Source of the DNA: Octopus vulgaris
Taxonomy: Eukaryota
Length of the DNA: 64,000 nt
Reading direction: 5' to 3'
Assembly: GCA_951406725.2 (NCBI GenBank)
Contig: OX597829.1
Span: 21,204,001 to 21,268,000, forward strand
In this document: positions 52,712 through 64,000 of the stretch, piece after piece
How the letters are laid out: every line of letters starts with the position of its first letter
How positions within the stretch are numbered: the first letter of the stretch is position 1
Program-made: the position numbers and the translations under genes
The notes under the pieces: generated by a model
Told to the model about the DNA's origin: nothing
Seen by the model: only the letters and a program-made list of their open reading frames with translations
Database searches by the model: none

Positions 52712-52899
52712 TACACCGAGAAAAAGGATGCAGTCAGAATTTAGGATTACTCTTTATTAGTGCTTTCATTTGTTAACCAAACTCTTCAAGACAAAAATTA
52801 AAACCAAAATGAATTTTTGTCTTGACATGTTTGATAAACAAATGAAAGCATTAATAAAGAATTATCCAAAATTCTGACTGCCACCTTTTTCTCAGTATA
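52712..52899. repeat. imperfect palindrome, about 88-bp arms
   Basis: gagaaaaaggatgcagtcagaattt...tcaagacaaaaatt vs aatttttgtcttga...aaattctgactgccacctttttctc. Confidence 0.8.
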
Positions 52900-53723
52900 C
52901 AATATCTGTACACCACTTCAAACACTTTATACATACATACCTACACACACACACATATATATATACGATGGGCTTCTTTCAGTTTCTGTCAACCAAATCA
53001 ACTCACAAGGCTTTTGGTGAGCCTGAGGCTATAGTATAAGACACTTGCCCAAAGAGCCACACAGAGGGACTATCAATAAAGTATGTAATAAAATTCCAAC
53101 AGAATTAGAAAAAGAACTGCAATGGGACTGATAAGAAAAAAAGTAAAAGCTAGTTATTAGTGGAATACAAACGAAATTCCCATAGAATACTGACTTTACA
53201 TATATTGAGTGACAATATTAAAAAAACAAGACAAAAAAAAAACAACTTTTAACTCAATCACCTCTTACATAGCTGAAAAAAAAACTAAAACTAAAAAAAC
53301 ACTTATAAATAAAAATTAGTCTTCTGTTTTTAAGTGGAAGGATGTGGCTTGAAACTAGTAAGTTTTATCTTAAGTAGAATCTGAAGCAACTGTCCTATTC
53401 TGATTTGTAGGTATGTTTGCTGTCACTTACTCTTTGTGAAATAAGGCACTATTCCTACTTGAACAAAGGAACCAGCCAGTCTACTACTAATTCCATTTGA
53501 AACAGACCTGTTTTCATTCATTTATCTATTTGTTTATTGTGTGCCAAATGGCAAAAGCTTTATATCTAGGTGCAGATGTTGTGGCTGTGTCATAAGAAGT
53601 TTGCTGAGTTTACTTCCACTGCATGACATCTTGGGGGAGGTGTCTTCTACTATAGCCTCAGGCTGACCAAAGTCTTGTGAGTGGATTTGGTAGATGGAGA
53701 CTGAAAGAAGTCTGTTGTGTGTA

Positions 53724-54030
53724 CATATGTATGTATGTGTGTATGTATGTATGTATGTGTGTATGTATGTATGTATGTATGTATGTATGTATGTATGTAT
53801 GTATGTATGTGTGTATGTATGTATGTATGTATGTGTGTATGTATGTATGTATGTATGTGTGTGTATGTATGTATGTATGTATGTATGTATGTATGTATGT
53901 ATGTATGTATGTATGTGTGTGTATGTATGTATGTATGTATGTGTGTATGTATGTATGTATGTATGTGTGTATGTATGTATGTATGTGTGTATGTATGTAT
54001 GTGTGTATGTATATATATATATATATATAT
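53724..54030. repeat. expanded (TATG)n/(TG)n/(TA)n microsatellite in the middle of a family-A SINE
   Basis: About 300 bp of tatg-based repeats following ctgaaagaagtctgttg. Confidence 0.95.
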
Positions 54031-54083
54031 CATCATCATCATCATCATCATCGTTTAGCGTCCGTTTGATGATGATGATGATG

Positions 54084-54134
<51 letters not shown>

Positions 54135-54814
54135 TATGAATTCTTTAGTCAGCCACTGTTACTGCAATGTCATCTGGTCCCTTGGTCTTTGCCAGTTATA
54201 ATTTTTATTTATCATAAAACTTATGGCACACCTTGAAGAGAGAGGGCGTGCCATTGAAGAGGTTGCAAATAGCAACAAAAGCACTTTACCTGTCAAAGAA
54301 CTGATTGATTGCTTAACCATCACATAACACAAATGATCAATTAGCTACCTGGTTAGAGATTTAACCAATTGACTAATGATAAAGAAGTGATATTGAACCA
54401 GTGCATGTGTTATTAATATTGGTGTAATGGTGCAACAATAATCAATATGCTTTTCCTAGATACTGCTATCTTATTTCCTCCACTATAAATTGCTCTGTTT
54501 CAAAACTTACACAACAAAACAGCTTGTCCTTCTCAAAATATTTTCTGCCTACAACTCCTGTATTTCTCCTTAAAGTATAAATCTAATCTAGCACACCACA
54601 AATAACATATTTTCTATTACAAATATGAGTACTTATGCTGATAACAAAATAAGAAGAAAAAAAGGAAAGGAAAAAGGAAATAAATAAAAACAGTTTGCTG
54701 TAGCTGTTCTTGGTGTTAAAGCTTTCATTCTTCAGCCAATAATTTATTATTTTGATTGATGTGACAAAAACCATAAAAAATATATGCTGATAGGTAACCT
54801 TTCAAAGAATCATT

Positions 54815-55235
54815 CTTTTATTTTTTTACGTGTTTCAACCATTTAATTGCAGCCATGCTGGAGTACTGCCTTAAAAGGTTTTTTTAAGTCAAAGAAATTG
54901 ACCCCAGGATTTATTCTTTGTAAGCCTAGTACTTATTCTATCAGTTTCTTTTGCCAAACTGCTAAGTTATGGAGATGTAAACACACCAACATTGGTTGTC
55001 AAGCGGTAATGGGGAGGACAAATGCAGACACAAAAACACACACAGATATACACACACACACATTCACATATATGTGTGTATATGGTGGGCTTTTTTCAGT
55101 TTCCATCTACCAAATCAATTCACAAGGCTTTGGTCAGCCCAAGGCTGTAGTAGCAGACACTTGCCCAAGGTGTCACACAGTAGGACTGAGCCTAGAACCA
55201 TGTGGTTGAGAAGCAAGCTTCTTACCACATGGCCA
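54815..55235 (-). mobile_element. SINE family A
   Basis: Reverse full-length copy. Confidence 0.8.
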
Positions 55236-55452
55236 TTATTTTATTTTTTAAAATTTTTTCTGATAGATTTCCAGGAAAGGGCAATTAATTCTTTGACCTT
55301 CAGAAGTGGCAATGAAAATACATCCAGTGTTCTTTGCAATAATATTAATACATTCTCACTAATATTTAGACTAAGGTCAACCCCGATCAGATAAAAATAT
55401 AACAATAGACATTCTGGTCATACTCATTTCATCTTTGTAAATCTAGGACTAT

Positions 55453-55859
55453 ACTCTTTTACTTGTTTCAGTCATTTGACTGTGGCCATGATGGAGCACC
55501 ACCTTTAGTCAAGCAAATCAACCCCAGGACTTATTCTTTGTAAGCCAAGTACTTATTCTATCGGTCTCTTTTGCCGAACTGCTAAGTTATGGGGATGTAA
55601 TCACACCAGCATCGGTTGTCAAGCGATGTTGGTGGGACAAACATGGACACACAAACACATACACACACACACACAAACATATACATATACATATATACGA
55701 CGGGCTTCTTTCAGTTTCCGTCTACCAAATCCACTCACAAAGCTTTGGTTGGCCCGAGGCTATAGTAGAAGACACTTGCCCAAGGTGCCACACAATGGGA
55801 CTGAATACGGAACCATGTGGTTGATAAGCAAGCTACTTACCACACAACCACCCCTGCAC
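55453..55859 (-). mobile_element. SINE family A
   Basis: Reverse full-length copy. Confidence 0.88.
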
Positions 55860-55914
55860 TTAAATGCAATATGTTTTTTTTTTAACCCTTTAACTAGTAA
55901 ATCAGCAGTATTGG

Positions 55915-56220
55915 GTACATGGTTTAGGGATTAGGGTGTTTGGCTCATGATTGTAAGGTCATGAGTTCAATTCCCAGCAGCATGTTGTGTCCTTGAGCAA
56001 GAAACTTCATTTCACATTGCTCCAGTCCACTCAACTGGTAATACTTGTATTTCAAAGGTCCAGCTTTACTACATTCTGAGTCATGTTGAATCTCCCTGAG
56101 CTCTCTACTAAGTGTACATGTGTCTGTAGAATACTCACCCACCTGCATATTGATTTCACAAGCAGGCTGTCCCCTTGATTGGATCAACTGGAACCCTTCT
56201 CACTGTGATTAATGGAGCGA
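55915..56220 (+). mobile_element. SINE family C, older copy
   Basis: tRNA-like head, ccttgagcaag, and 3' part similar to 22640-22810. Confidence 0.7.
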
Positions 56221-57146
56221 GTGGATCAGGTCCAAGTACTCTACCCATTTTATGTTAAAACCAACAAGATCTGGCCTCTTACACCTACCCTACAATGTCA
56301 GTCTAAAAATAGGCCATCACATCATCAAAATCTCAAAGCTATTGTATGATTAATTCAAAACAATGTGAATTAATAAATAAGGTTTAAGATGTAGATATGA
56401 TATGAGAAATTTGACTGCTACTTCTAGCAAGTTGAGTGATGCACTCTCACTGGCTCATGCATGGGTGTGTGTGAGTGTGTGCATACCTGTAAGTGTATAC
56501 ATATTGTCTAATCAGCCTTGAAGGAAACATCTGGTGTTATTTGTTGTTTAACCTCAATCTGTTATGTTTAAGCAAGCCTATGATCAAAGGAGTTCCAGTT
56601 ATGACCATCTTGTCCTCCTCTCAGACAATATTATCCATCTGTCATTTCCTTTTCAAGACAGGGAGATTTGATTACTCTTCCTAGCTAGCAGATTGATCAC
56701 AGATCTTCCTGTTGTTGTTGTTTAACTCTTAGCTAATCCTTATTGAGTAAATCAGCCATGGCTATCCTGTTTGTTTTTGTTTGTTTTTTTGTCTGAGGTA
56801 TAAATGTACCCTAAACTACATGATCCAAATTATCTTTCTTAATTTTTTTTTTGTTTTTCTTTTTAGGATGTCAGAATGTGATGTAATGTAAGGGAGATTT
56901 AGTTGCTATTTCTAGAAATTTAAGCAATCACAAAGAAGCTACAATAGCATTATTGCTTAACCCTGGGTTAAGCCAGATTAATCGGATTTATGATTAATCT
57001 GGTTTAAATCACAAATTTTTGAATAAGGATCTTTGGGGGAGGGAGTAAGTCAATTACATTGACCCCAGTGTTCAGCTGGTCCCTATTTTATTGACCAAGA
57101 AAGGTTGAAAGGTAAAGTCAACCTCAGAGGAATTTGAACTCAAAAT

Positions 57147-57670
57147 AGTGGCTGAGTTCCTTTCGAGCATTGAGCCTGAAAGTGGCTGAGTTCCTTTCAG
57201 GTGTTGAGCCTCATGGAGGTGAGGTGGCTGAGTTCCTTTAAAGCAGGCCTCATGGAGGTGAGATGGCTGAGTTCCTTTTGAATGTTTGGCTTCATGGAGG
57301 CAAAGTGGCTGAGTTCCTTTTGAGTGTTGGACCTCATGGAGACAAAGTGACCAAGCTCCTGGGCCTCATGGAGGCAAAGTGACCAAGCTCCTGGACCTCA
57401 TGGAGGCAAAGTGGCTGAGCTCCCTCCAAGTGGTTGGGCCTCACGGAGGCAATGGCAGAGTCTATTTAGCATTATGTCGTGCTTGGAAAACCCATCAAGC
57501 CAAGCAAAATTGCATGTAACAGCACCTATTACACTCTTAGAATGGTTGGTGTTAGGAAGGGAATCCAGCTATAGAAAACCATGTCAAATCAGACTGGATT
57601 CTGCCAGTTCCCAGTCAAACCATCCAGCCCATGCCAGCATGGACAACGGACGTTAAATGATGATGATGAA
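57147..57670 (+). mobile_element. RTE-type 3' end with a different 34-43-bp tandem array
   Basis: Units (cctcatggaggcaaa)gtggctgagttccttt..., followed by ggttggtgttaggaaggg...ggacgttaaatgatgatgatg. Confidence 0.7.
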
Positions 57671-58076
57671 TGTAATGATGAATTTAAATGGCACTGAGTA
57701 TTTAGCTTGGTATGTTAATGGTTCTGCCAACAAAGGATATTATAAAGGTAACCACCCCAACATTTTTGGATTATGCTAATCAACATTATCTTATACAGAC
57801 TTTACATTTTAAGATGGCAGGTTGAGATCTGAAGGAGGCTTCTAGGTAATTTCTAATGGCTCAAGCCAACTACACAGAAGCTTCCTCATTGACTCAAGAT
57901 AGCAAAATTGAGTGACTTCTCCTCACCACTGATACTTTCACATCTGTTATTAAATCTGTCACTTTTGACATCACATCTACAAACTCTATTTTAAGTAATA
58001 TTACGTATCAGCTAGAAGTTTACCAATGAAGGTGTTTGCCTGTTCTGGAGTTCAGTTAAGCGATTAGGTACACATA

Positions 58077-58581
58077 TAGTGTTGGATTAACCATTAAGCA
58101 AAATAAGCACATGCTTAGGCCACCACAGAAATGGTTTATGGTTTACGGCACAAAAGAAATCACTTTAAACTTACTAAAGTAATATTTGAAGTGGTTTATA
58201 TGATTGGAAATATAATTTCAAAGTGTTCATGGTGTCATTGTGAGGATCTGATGGAAGGCTTTGCAATTAAAAAAAAAAAAGTACGAGAAAGCTTTTCAAA
58301 GTGGAAGTATACAAAAATAAATGTTATTTTCCATCTTACTGTTAGTTTTGTTTTATTTTGAAAAATAAAAATTATTTTGAAAAATAAAAATAAGAAATAA
58401 GTGTGGAAATTTTACTGGTGAGTGTTTTACATTATAAGGCACAAAAAGAAAATGACTCTCCCCAGACACAACAACAATTTATTTTATGGTTTATTATTGT
58501 TTATATTTTGAATTACACATATATGGGGGCACCAAAATCTTTTAAGAGCTCAGGGCCTCTGTGGATCTTAATCTGGCCCTG
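58077..58581. mobile_element. possible hAT-like MITE
   Basis: Right end ttaatctggccctg, degenerate left end tagtgttggattaa. No TSD recognised. Confidence 0.4.
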
Positions 58582-58798
58582 GGTATGCAGTTCAGTTAGA
58601 CTATTGTACAGCTTAGTATGGAGCTGGTTAGATATTGAGTTCGACTACATATTTGAGTTCAGCTAGTTGGGTGTATGGTTAGTTCGCTTAGGTTTGAGTA
58701 CAGCTAGGTATGGAGTTAAGTATGGAGTTTGACTAGGTGAGAAAATAGGTAAGAAGTGGAGGTTGCTTGAGTATGAAGTTCAAAAAGGTTGGAATACA

Positions 58799-58940
58799 CT
58801 TGAAAGGAACTCAGCCACTTTGCCTCCATGAGGTCCAGGAGCTTGGTCACTTTGCCTCCATGAGGCCCAGGAGCTTGGTCACTTTGTCTCCATGAGGCCC
58901 AACACTCAAAAGGAACTCAGCCACTTTGCCTCCATGAAGC
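58799..58940 (-). repeat. inverted local copy of 57285-57430 flanked by 18-bp direct repeats
   Basis: Reverse complement of the 57.3-kb array segment. caaaaaggttggaataca occurs at 58781-58798 and 58941-58958. Confidence 0.9.
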
Positions 58941-59855
58941 CAAAAAGGTTGGAATACAGTGAGATGTAAACTTCTGCTAAGTTTGACTACAGTTAATCAG
59001 TGAGTTTGAATAAACTGGAGTTTAGTCACATGAAATAAGGGAAGCTGATGCCAGTGTCAAATTTTGAAAGTTCTGCATGCAGATAGCTGACTTTGATTCC
59101 ATAATGACAGTAATGAGAGAACCTCCTTCATGAAAGGAAAGCAGGATTATCAAAAGCATGTGCCAAATTTGTTAATTATAGCTTGTTCTTAGCAACATTT
59201 CCCAGATTTAGATGCCATTGATAAAGAGTTTAAATTTATAAACTTGTTGTTAAATTTATAAACTTATTGCTAATCCTGGCCCTACATTCAATACCTTTCC
59301 ACATACCAACCTTGTCTTTGATTGCCTGACAACAAAGAGTGGGATCTGATAAGAGGCCATTCTATATATTGACAAGTATGAGATAATACACTTGTTTGTT
59401 CATATTAAGAAGTTGTGTAAAGCTTCAGAAACTATAAAGTATTCAATTCAGTCCTAGCCAAGTTACATTTAGCGTCTTAGAAGCCACCGCCGCCACCACC
59501 ACCACCACCACCACCACCACCACCACCACCACCACCACCACCACCACCACCATCGATGTTGTCATCATTTTTATTAAACTTTTCCCATTTTATTTATCAT
59601 GAATTTTGACAATTTTCATTGCACCTTTTAAATATGAGTCTTCATGCTTTTTTAAAAAAAAAAAAATGCTTATTATCAACAATATTTTCATCCACTTCCT
59701 CATTCCTCATACTCAAAAGATACATTTGTGAATGTGTGTATAAACTAGTGTGTGTGTGTGTGTGTATGTGTGAGTGTGCATGTATCTGTGTTTGTGTGCA
59801 TGCGTCTGTGTTTGTGTGTGCATACATACACATACATTCTCTCTCTCCCCCTCTC

Positions 59856-59900
<45 letters not shown>

Positions 59901-60476
59901 TACACACATAATGAATAATGAATATAATGCCACTTCCTCCTAAAGTGTTTAGAAACAGGAAATGTGTTAGCAATTCCCATCCACCATATGGAGGTCAGCG
60001 GAAGGGGCCTTCACAGAAATGACACATTGCACAAATGAAGAGGAACTGAAGGCAAAAAATGGAGAAACAGTTTTTTTGAAGTATGTCAACCATCTATTAT
60101 GCTTAATAAATAAATAAATAAATAAATAAATAAAAAACAAGTAAAAAGTTCTTTAAAGTATAGAAAGGTAGAAGTGGACAGAACACCGGGTAGTCACAGT
60201 GTTATAGGGGGCACATTGAAATTAGTTCCTCAAAGGAAGGAATGCCAATGAATATCGGATAACACCACCAATTCCAAACAGCAAGAAAGATAACTTATTG
60301 ACCCCTTTAACAAGAAACACAAGTACAAGGTATAAAGTACAAAGTGCTGATGTTTTTTTGTACATGATAATTATGAAAGTTTCTGTATAATCTACAGTCA
60401 AGGCCAAAAGTTTGAAACATTTTTTAAAACAATTAAAATTGTAATACGCAAGTACAATTTGATTCAAATATATATA

Positions 60477-60637
60477 GGCGCAGGAGTGGCTGTGTGGTAA
60501 GTAGCTTGCTAACCAACCACATGGTTCCGGGTTCAGTCCCACTGTGTGGCATCTTGGGCAAGTGTCTTCTGCTATGGCCCCGGGCCGACCAATGCCTTGT
60601 GAGTGGATTTGGTAGACGGAAACTGAAAGAAGCCTGT

Positions 60638-60676
<39 letters not shown>

Positions 60677-60878
60677 ATGTTTGTCCCCCTAGAATTGCTT
60701 GACAACCGATGCTGGTGTGTTTACATCCCCATAACTTAGCGGTTCGGCAAAAGAGACCGATAGAATAAGTACTGGGCTTACAAAGAATAAGTCCCGGGGT
60801 CGATTTGTTCGACTAAAGGCGGTGCTCCAGCATGGCCGCAGTCAAATGCCTGAAACAAGTAAAAAGAGTAAAAAGAGA
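60477..60878 (+). mobile_element. SINE family A, young copy
   Basis: Complete CpG-rich copy. Confidence 0.9.
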
Positions 60879-60957
60879 GCGTATGCAGCTGGCCATTCAA
60901 TATAAAAATTCTAATTTTCAGCCCTATGTTCCAAACTTTTGGCCAAGTAATAACATA

Positions 60958-61371
60958 TACTCTCTTTACTTGTTTCAGTCATGTGACTGTGGCCACGCTG
61001 GAGCACCGCCTTCAGTCAAGCAAATTGACCCCAGGACTTATTCTTTGGAAGCCTAGTACTTATTCTATCGGTCTCTTTTGCTGAACCGCTAAGTTACGGG
61101 GACGTAAACACACCAGCATCGGTTGTCAAACGATGTTGGGAGGGGGTGAAAAACTCAGAAACACAAACATATAGATACACATACATATATATACATATAT
61201 ATACAATGGGCTTCTTTCAGTTTCTGTCTACTAAATCCACTCACAAGGCTTTGGTTGGCACGAGGCTATAGTAGAAAACACTTGCCCAAGGTGCCATGCA
61301 GTGGGACTGAACCGAACCTGGAACCATGTGGTTTGTAAGTAAACTACTTACCACACTGCCACTCCTACGCC
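60958..61371 (-). mobile_element. SINE family A, tail-to-tail with the previous copy
   Basis: Complete reverse copy about 80 bp downstream of the plus-strand copy. Confidence 0.9.
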
Positions 61372-61778
61372 TATATATTGCAAATTAAATATAACTTTGG
61401 GCATTTAATATAAAAATTCTAATTTTCAACCCTATGCTCCAAACCTTTTGTTCACAGCTGTATAATCTGTGTAATGTCATTGCTGTAGTTGTTAAGCCCA
61501 AGGTGAAATTTGAATAAGCAAACCAATGATGATCAAAAGCAATCCAGCTATGACCTTCTCATTACATTATTCAGATTACTCAATCAAATGCAATGTGTAT
61601 TTATTCACATATATACGACAGGCTTCTTTCAGTTTCCGTCTACCAAATCCACCCACAAGGCTTTGGTTGGCTCGAAGCTATAGTAGAAGACATTTGCCAA
61701 AGGTGCCACACAGTGGGACTGAACCCAGAACCATGAGGTTTGTAAGTAAGCTACTTACCACACAGCCACTCCGGTGCC

Positions 61779-61817
<39 letters not shown>

Positions 61818-61818
<1 letters not shown>

Positions 61819-63001
61819 TGGTGCATAAGGTATTTGAGGACATACCCATTATGGGTCATTGCTGCATTTTTTGCTAACTCTGTATAATCTTTGTTCTAGA
61901 AAATAATGGTAGACTCTTAGCTTACTCAAGAAATGAAGAGGCATGCTGTTATTGTGGTGACAAGGGCTAAGCATAGTGATTTAAAAATATCTTGACTTTT
62001 AAAAGTTGCCAGAGCTTTCTTCTACAATGTTTCTAAGGAGCTTGAGACTGAAGATGGAAAGGAATCACCAGTATCAGAGCATAAAAAGCATTCTAAATGC
62101 TCTGAAATCATCAGAACACCAGAATTTATTCAGAAAGTTCAACAGACCATTGATTACAATCCCAGAAAGACCATGAGATGAATTGCAAAAGATCTCCATG
62201 TGTCAGAAGGAACAGTCAGAAATGTTTTCCATGAAGAATTCAGATATAAGTCATATATTGATGAGCAAAGGTCAATTTGTCAGAAAAAGCAAAAGAAAAA
62301 AAGGGGTTGTCAGTAATATATACAGGCGCAGGAGTGACTGTGTGGTAAATAGCTTGCTAACCAACCACATGGTTCCGGGTTCAGTCCCACTGTGTGGCAT
62401 CTTGGGCAAGTGTCTTCTGCTATAGCCCCGGGCCAACCAATGCCTTGTGAGTGGATTTGCCTCCTTACTTCTTTTAATAAGGCCTAGAGATAACTCTGCT
62501 GCCTACATTGAGGTCCTGTAAATAGTTGATAAGCTCTGGATAGACAGTGTATGTAATGGAAGGCCATATGTCTTTCAGTATGACTCTGCACTATCACACA
62601 TGGCTCTAGTAACACAGGAATGGATGGTTGAAAATTTTCATGATCACATAACCCCTCACATTTGACCTCCTAATTCCCCAGATCTCAATCCATTGAACTA
62701 TTACATGTGGAGCATTGTTGAGAGAGAGGTCAATGAACACACCCATAACATTAAAGATTCTTTAGAAGCTGCCATTGTCAGAGTAATGTCCAAAATGAAC
62801 CAGGACTGCTTGATTTGAGTATGTAGATGATCTAGATCTCATATACAAGCAGTTGCTGAAGCTGAAGGTTGCTTTATTGAATAACATTATAGAAAAGAAG
62901 GTTTATTTTTATTCTCATTGCATTTTTTGATAAATAAAGTTATCTGTTATATATTTGTTTTTTTTATAAACATAAATCTGTTCTCAAATATCTTATGCAC
63001 C

Positions 63002-63003
<2 letters not shown>
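61818..63003 (+). mobile_element. decayed Tc1/mariner-superfamily transposon, DD37D (maT) type
   Basis: TIRs ggtgcataaggtatttgagg / ttctcaaatatcttatgcacc. Pseudo-ORF MKRHAVIV...IAKDLHVSEGTVR...YVFQYDSALSH...*PPNSPDLNPLNYYMW with 37 residues between the second D and the third catalytic position (now N). Contains stops and a SINE fragment at 62324-62459. Confidence 0.88.
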
Positions 63004-63055
<52 letters not shown>

Positions 63056-63607
63056 CACACACACACATGATGATGATGATAAATATATATGTGTGTGTGT
63101 GTGCACACACACACACACATACATAGATAGAATTTCAGAACTCTTCCTCTATAGCTAATTAGGTTGTCAAGGTAACAAAACCTATCTACTACCTCTCAGA
63201 AGCCTCAAAGACATTTGAGAAAATCAAATCACCATGCATCCTTAATGTTTACTGCCCCTCAGCATTTTCTGTATACTAATGCTACTTTGTCTGTCAGCCT
63301 TCTTGTGATTCCACTGCAATTCTTGTGAGTCCATAGATTATGCTGGGCACACCATACTGAATTCCTGCCTACAATGTCACTACATATCGAGAAGTGTCAT
63401 TTATCGTAACTGTTTTAGATAATAATATATGTGACCCCTACTAGGTGTGTTGAGTGCCTTTTTTTTCCGTTTGTCCACTCAACTACATATGTTATGTACT
63501 TACATATCTGTATATGCTAAACATAACCAAATACCATATTAGTATTAAAAAGAAAAACAAGAACAAAATTGTAAATACATTTCTACCAGAGATTCTTAAT
63601 AATCAGT

Positions 63608-63918
63608 ATTATTATTATTATTATTACTATTATTATTATCTTTCAATTCTGTTTCCGTTTCTTGCTGAGTGTCTTCCTGACACCAAGGGCAGAGAAACTC
63701 AATGTATACATTGGTAGGCCATTAAAATAAACACACCAGATTGTTCATTTACAAGGTCATGTAATAGAAAAAAAAGAGGAAGAGAGAGAGAGAGAGAGAA
63801 GAATGAAAAAAGTAAACAAAGAATATAAAAGGGAAAAATGGAAAGCAAATTCACAGAACAATGCTCTTCTCAGTATGTGTGATGTACCAGATAAAGCTAT
63901 CTTTTCCACTTCCTGCAT
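63608..63918 (-). mobile_element. 3' end of a Dong/R4-like LINE in a (TAA)n microsatellite
   Basis: MQEVEKIALSGTSHILRRAL resembles the Q.....LGT..ILR..L C-terminus of these LINEs. Flanked on both sides by (TTA)n. Clade assignment is from memory. Confidence 0.55.
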
Positions 63919-64000
63919 TATTATTATTATTATTATTATTACTACTACTACTATTATTATTTTCTCTTTTCCTTCTTTTTTCAAATTTTCTTCCATTTCT

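Noticed and set aside
54290-54320. ATG...ACAG|gtaaag as a first-exon candidate
   Set aside because: 31 nt (phase 1), incompatible with the phase-0 start of exon 2.

Overview
AT-rich, microsatellite- and transposon-dense animal DNA. The SINE, RTE and Penelope-like repeat complement looks like an Octopus (coleoid cephalopod) genome; this is an inference. Almost the whole window is intron of one minus-strand host gene, an FCHSD1/2 / nervous wreck (nwk) F-BAR + SH3 protein. Three short coding exons that the ORF track misses (47542-47445, 40998-40953, 4405-4320) splice in frame to VKHAAALKLIHTEQLQKLQSKHQQEVELLEDIR-IFSQKRSAIEKEYAQ-SLLKLTSSLLKKDIVLPPDIPSEDGKEH. There is also a candidate frame-preserving 15-nt microexon (1771-1757) and a speculative alternative first exon (48827-48789). 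The introns hold at least four tRNA-derived SINE families, RTE, CR1 and Dong/R4-like LINE remnants, non-autonomous Helitrons, maT/Tc1-mariner, hAT, piggyBac-like, Chapaev-like and MULE-like DNA-transposon relics. They also hold long palindromes typical of Penelope-like element ends, carrying about ten minimal type I hammerhead-ribozyme motifs, several on the pre-mRNA strand. Nearly all ORFs in the supplied track are microsatellite or repeat artefacts. Exon coordinates are base-exact; most repeat boundaries are approximate, read by eye.
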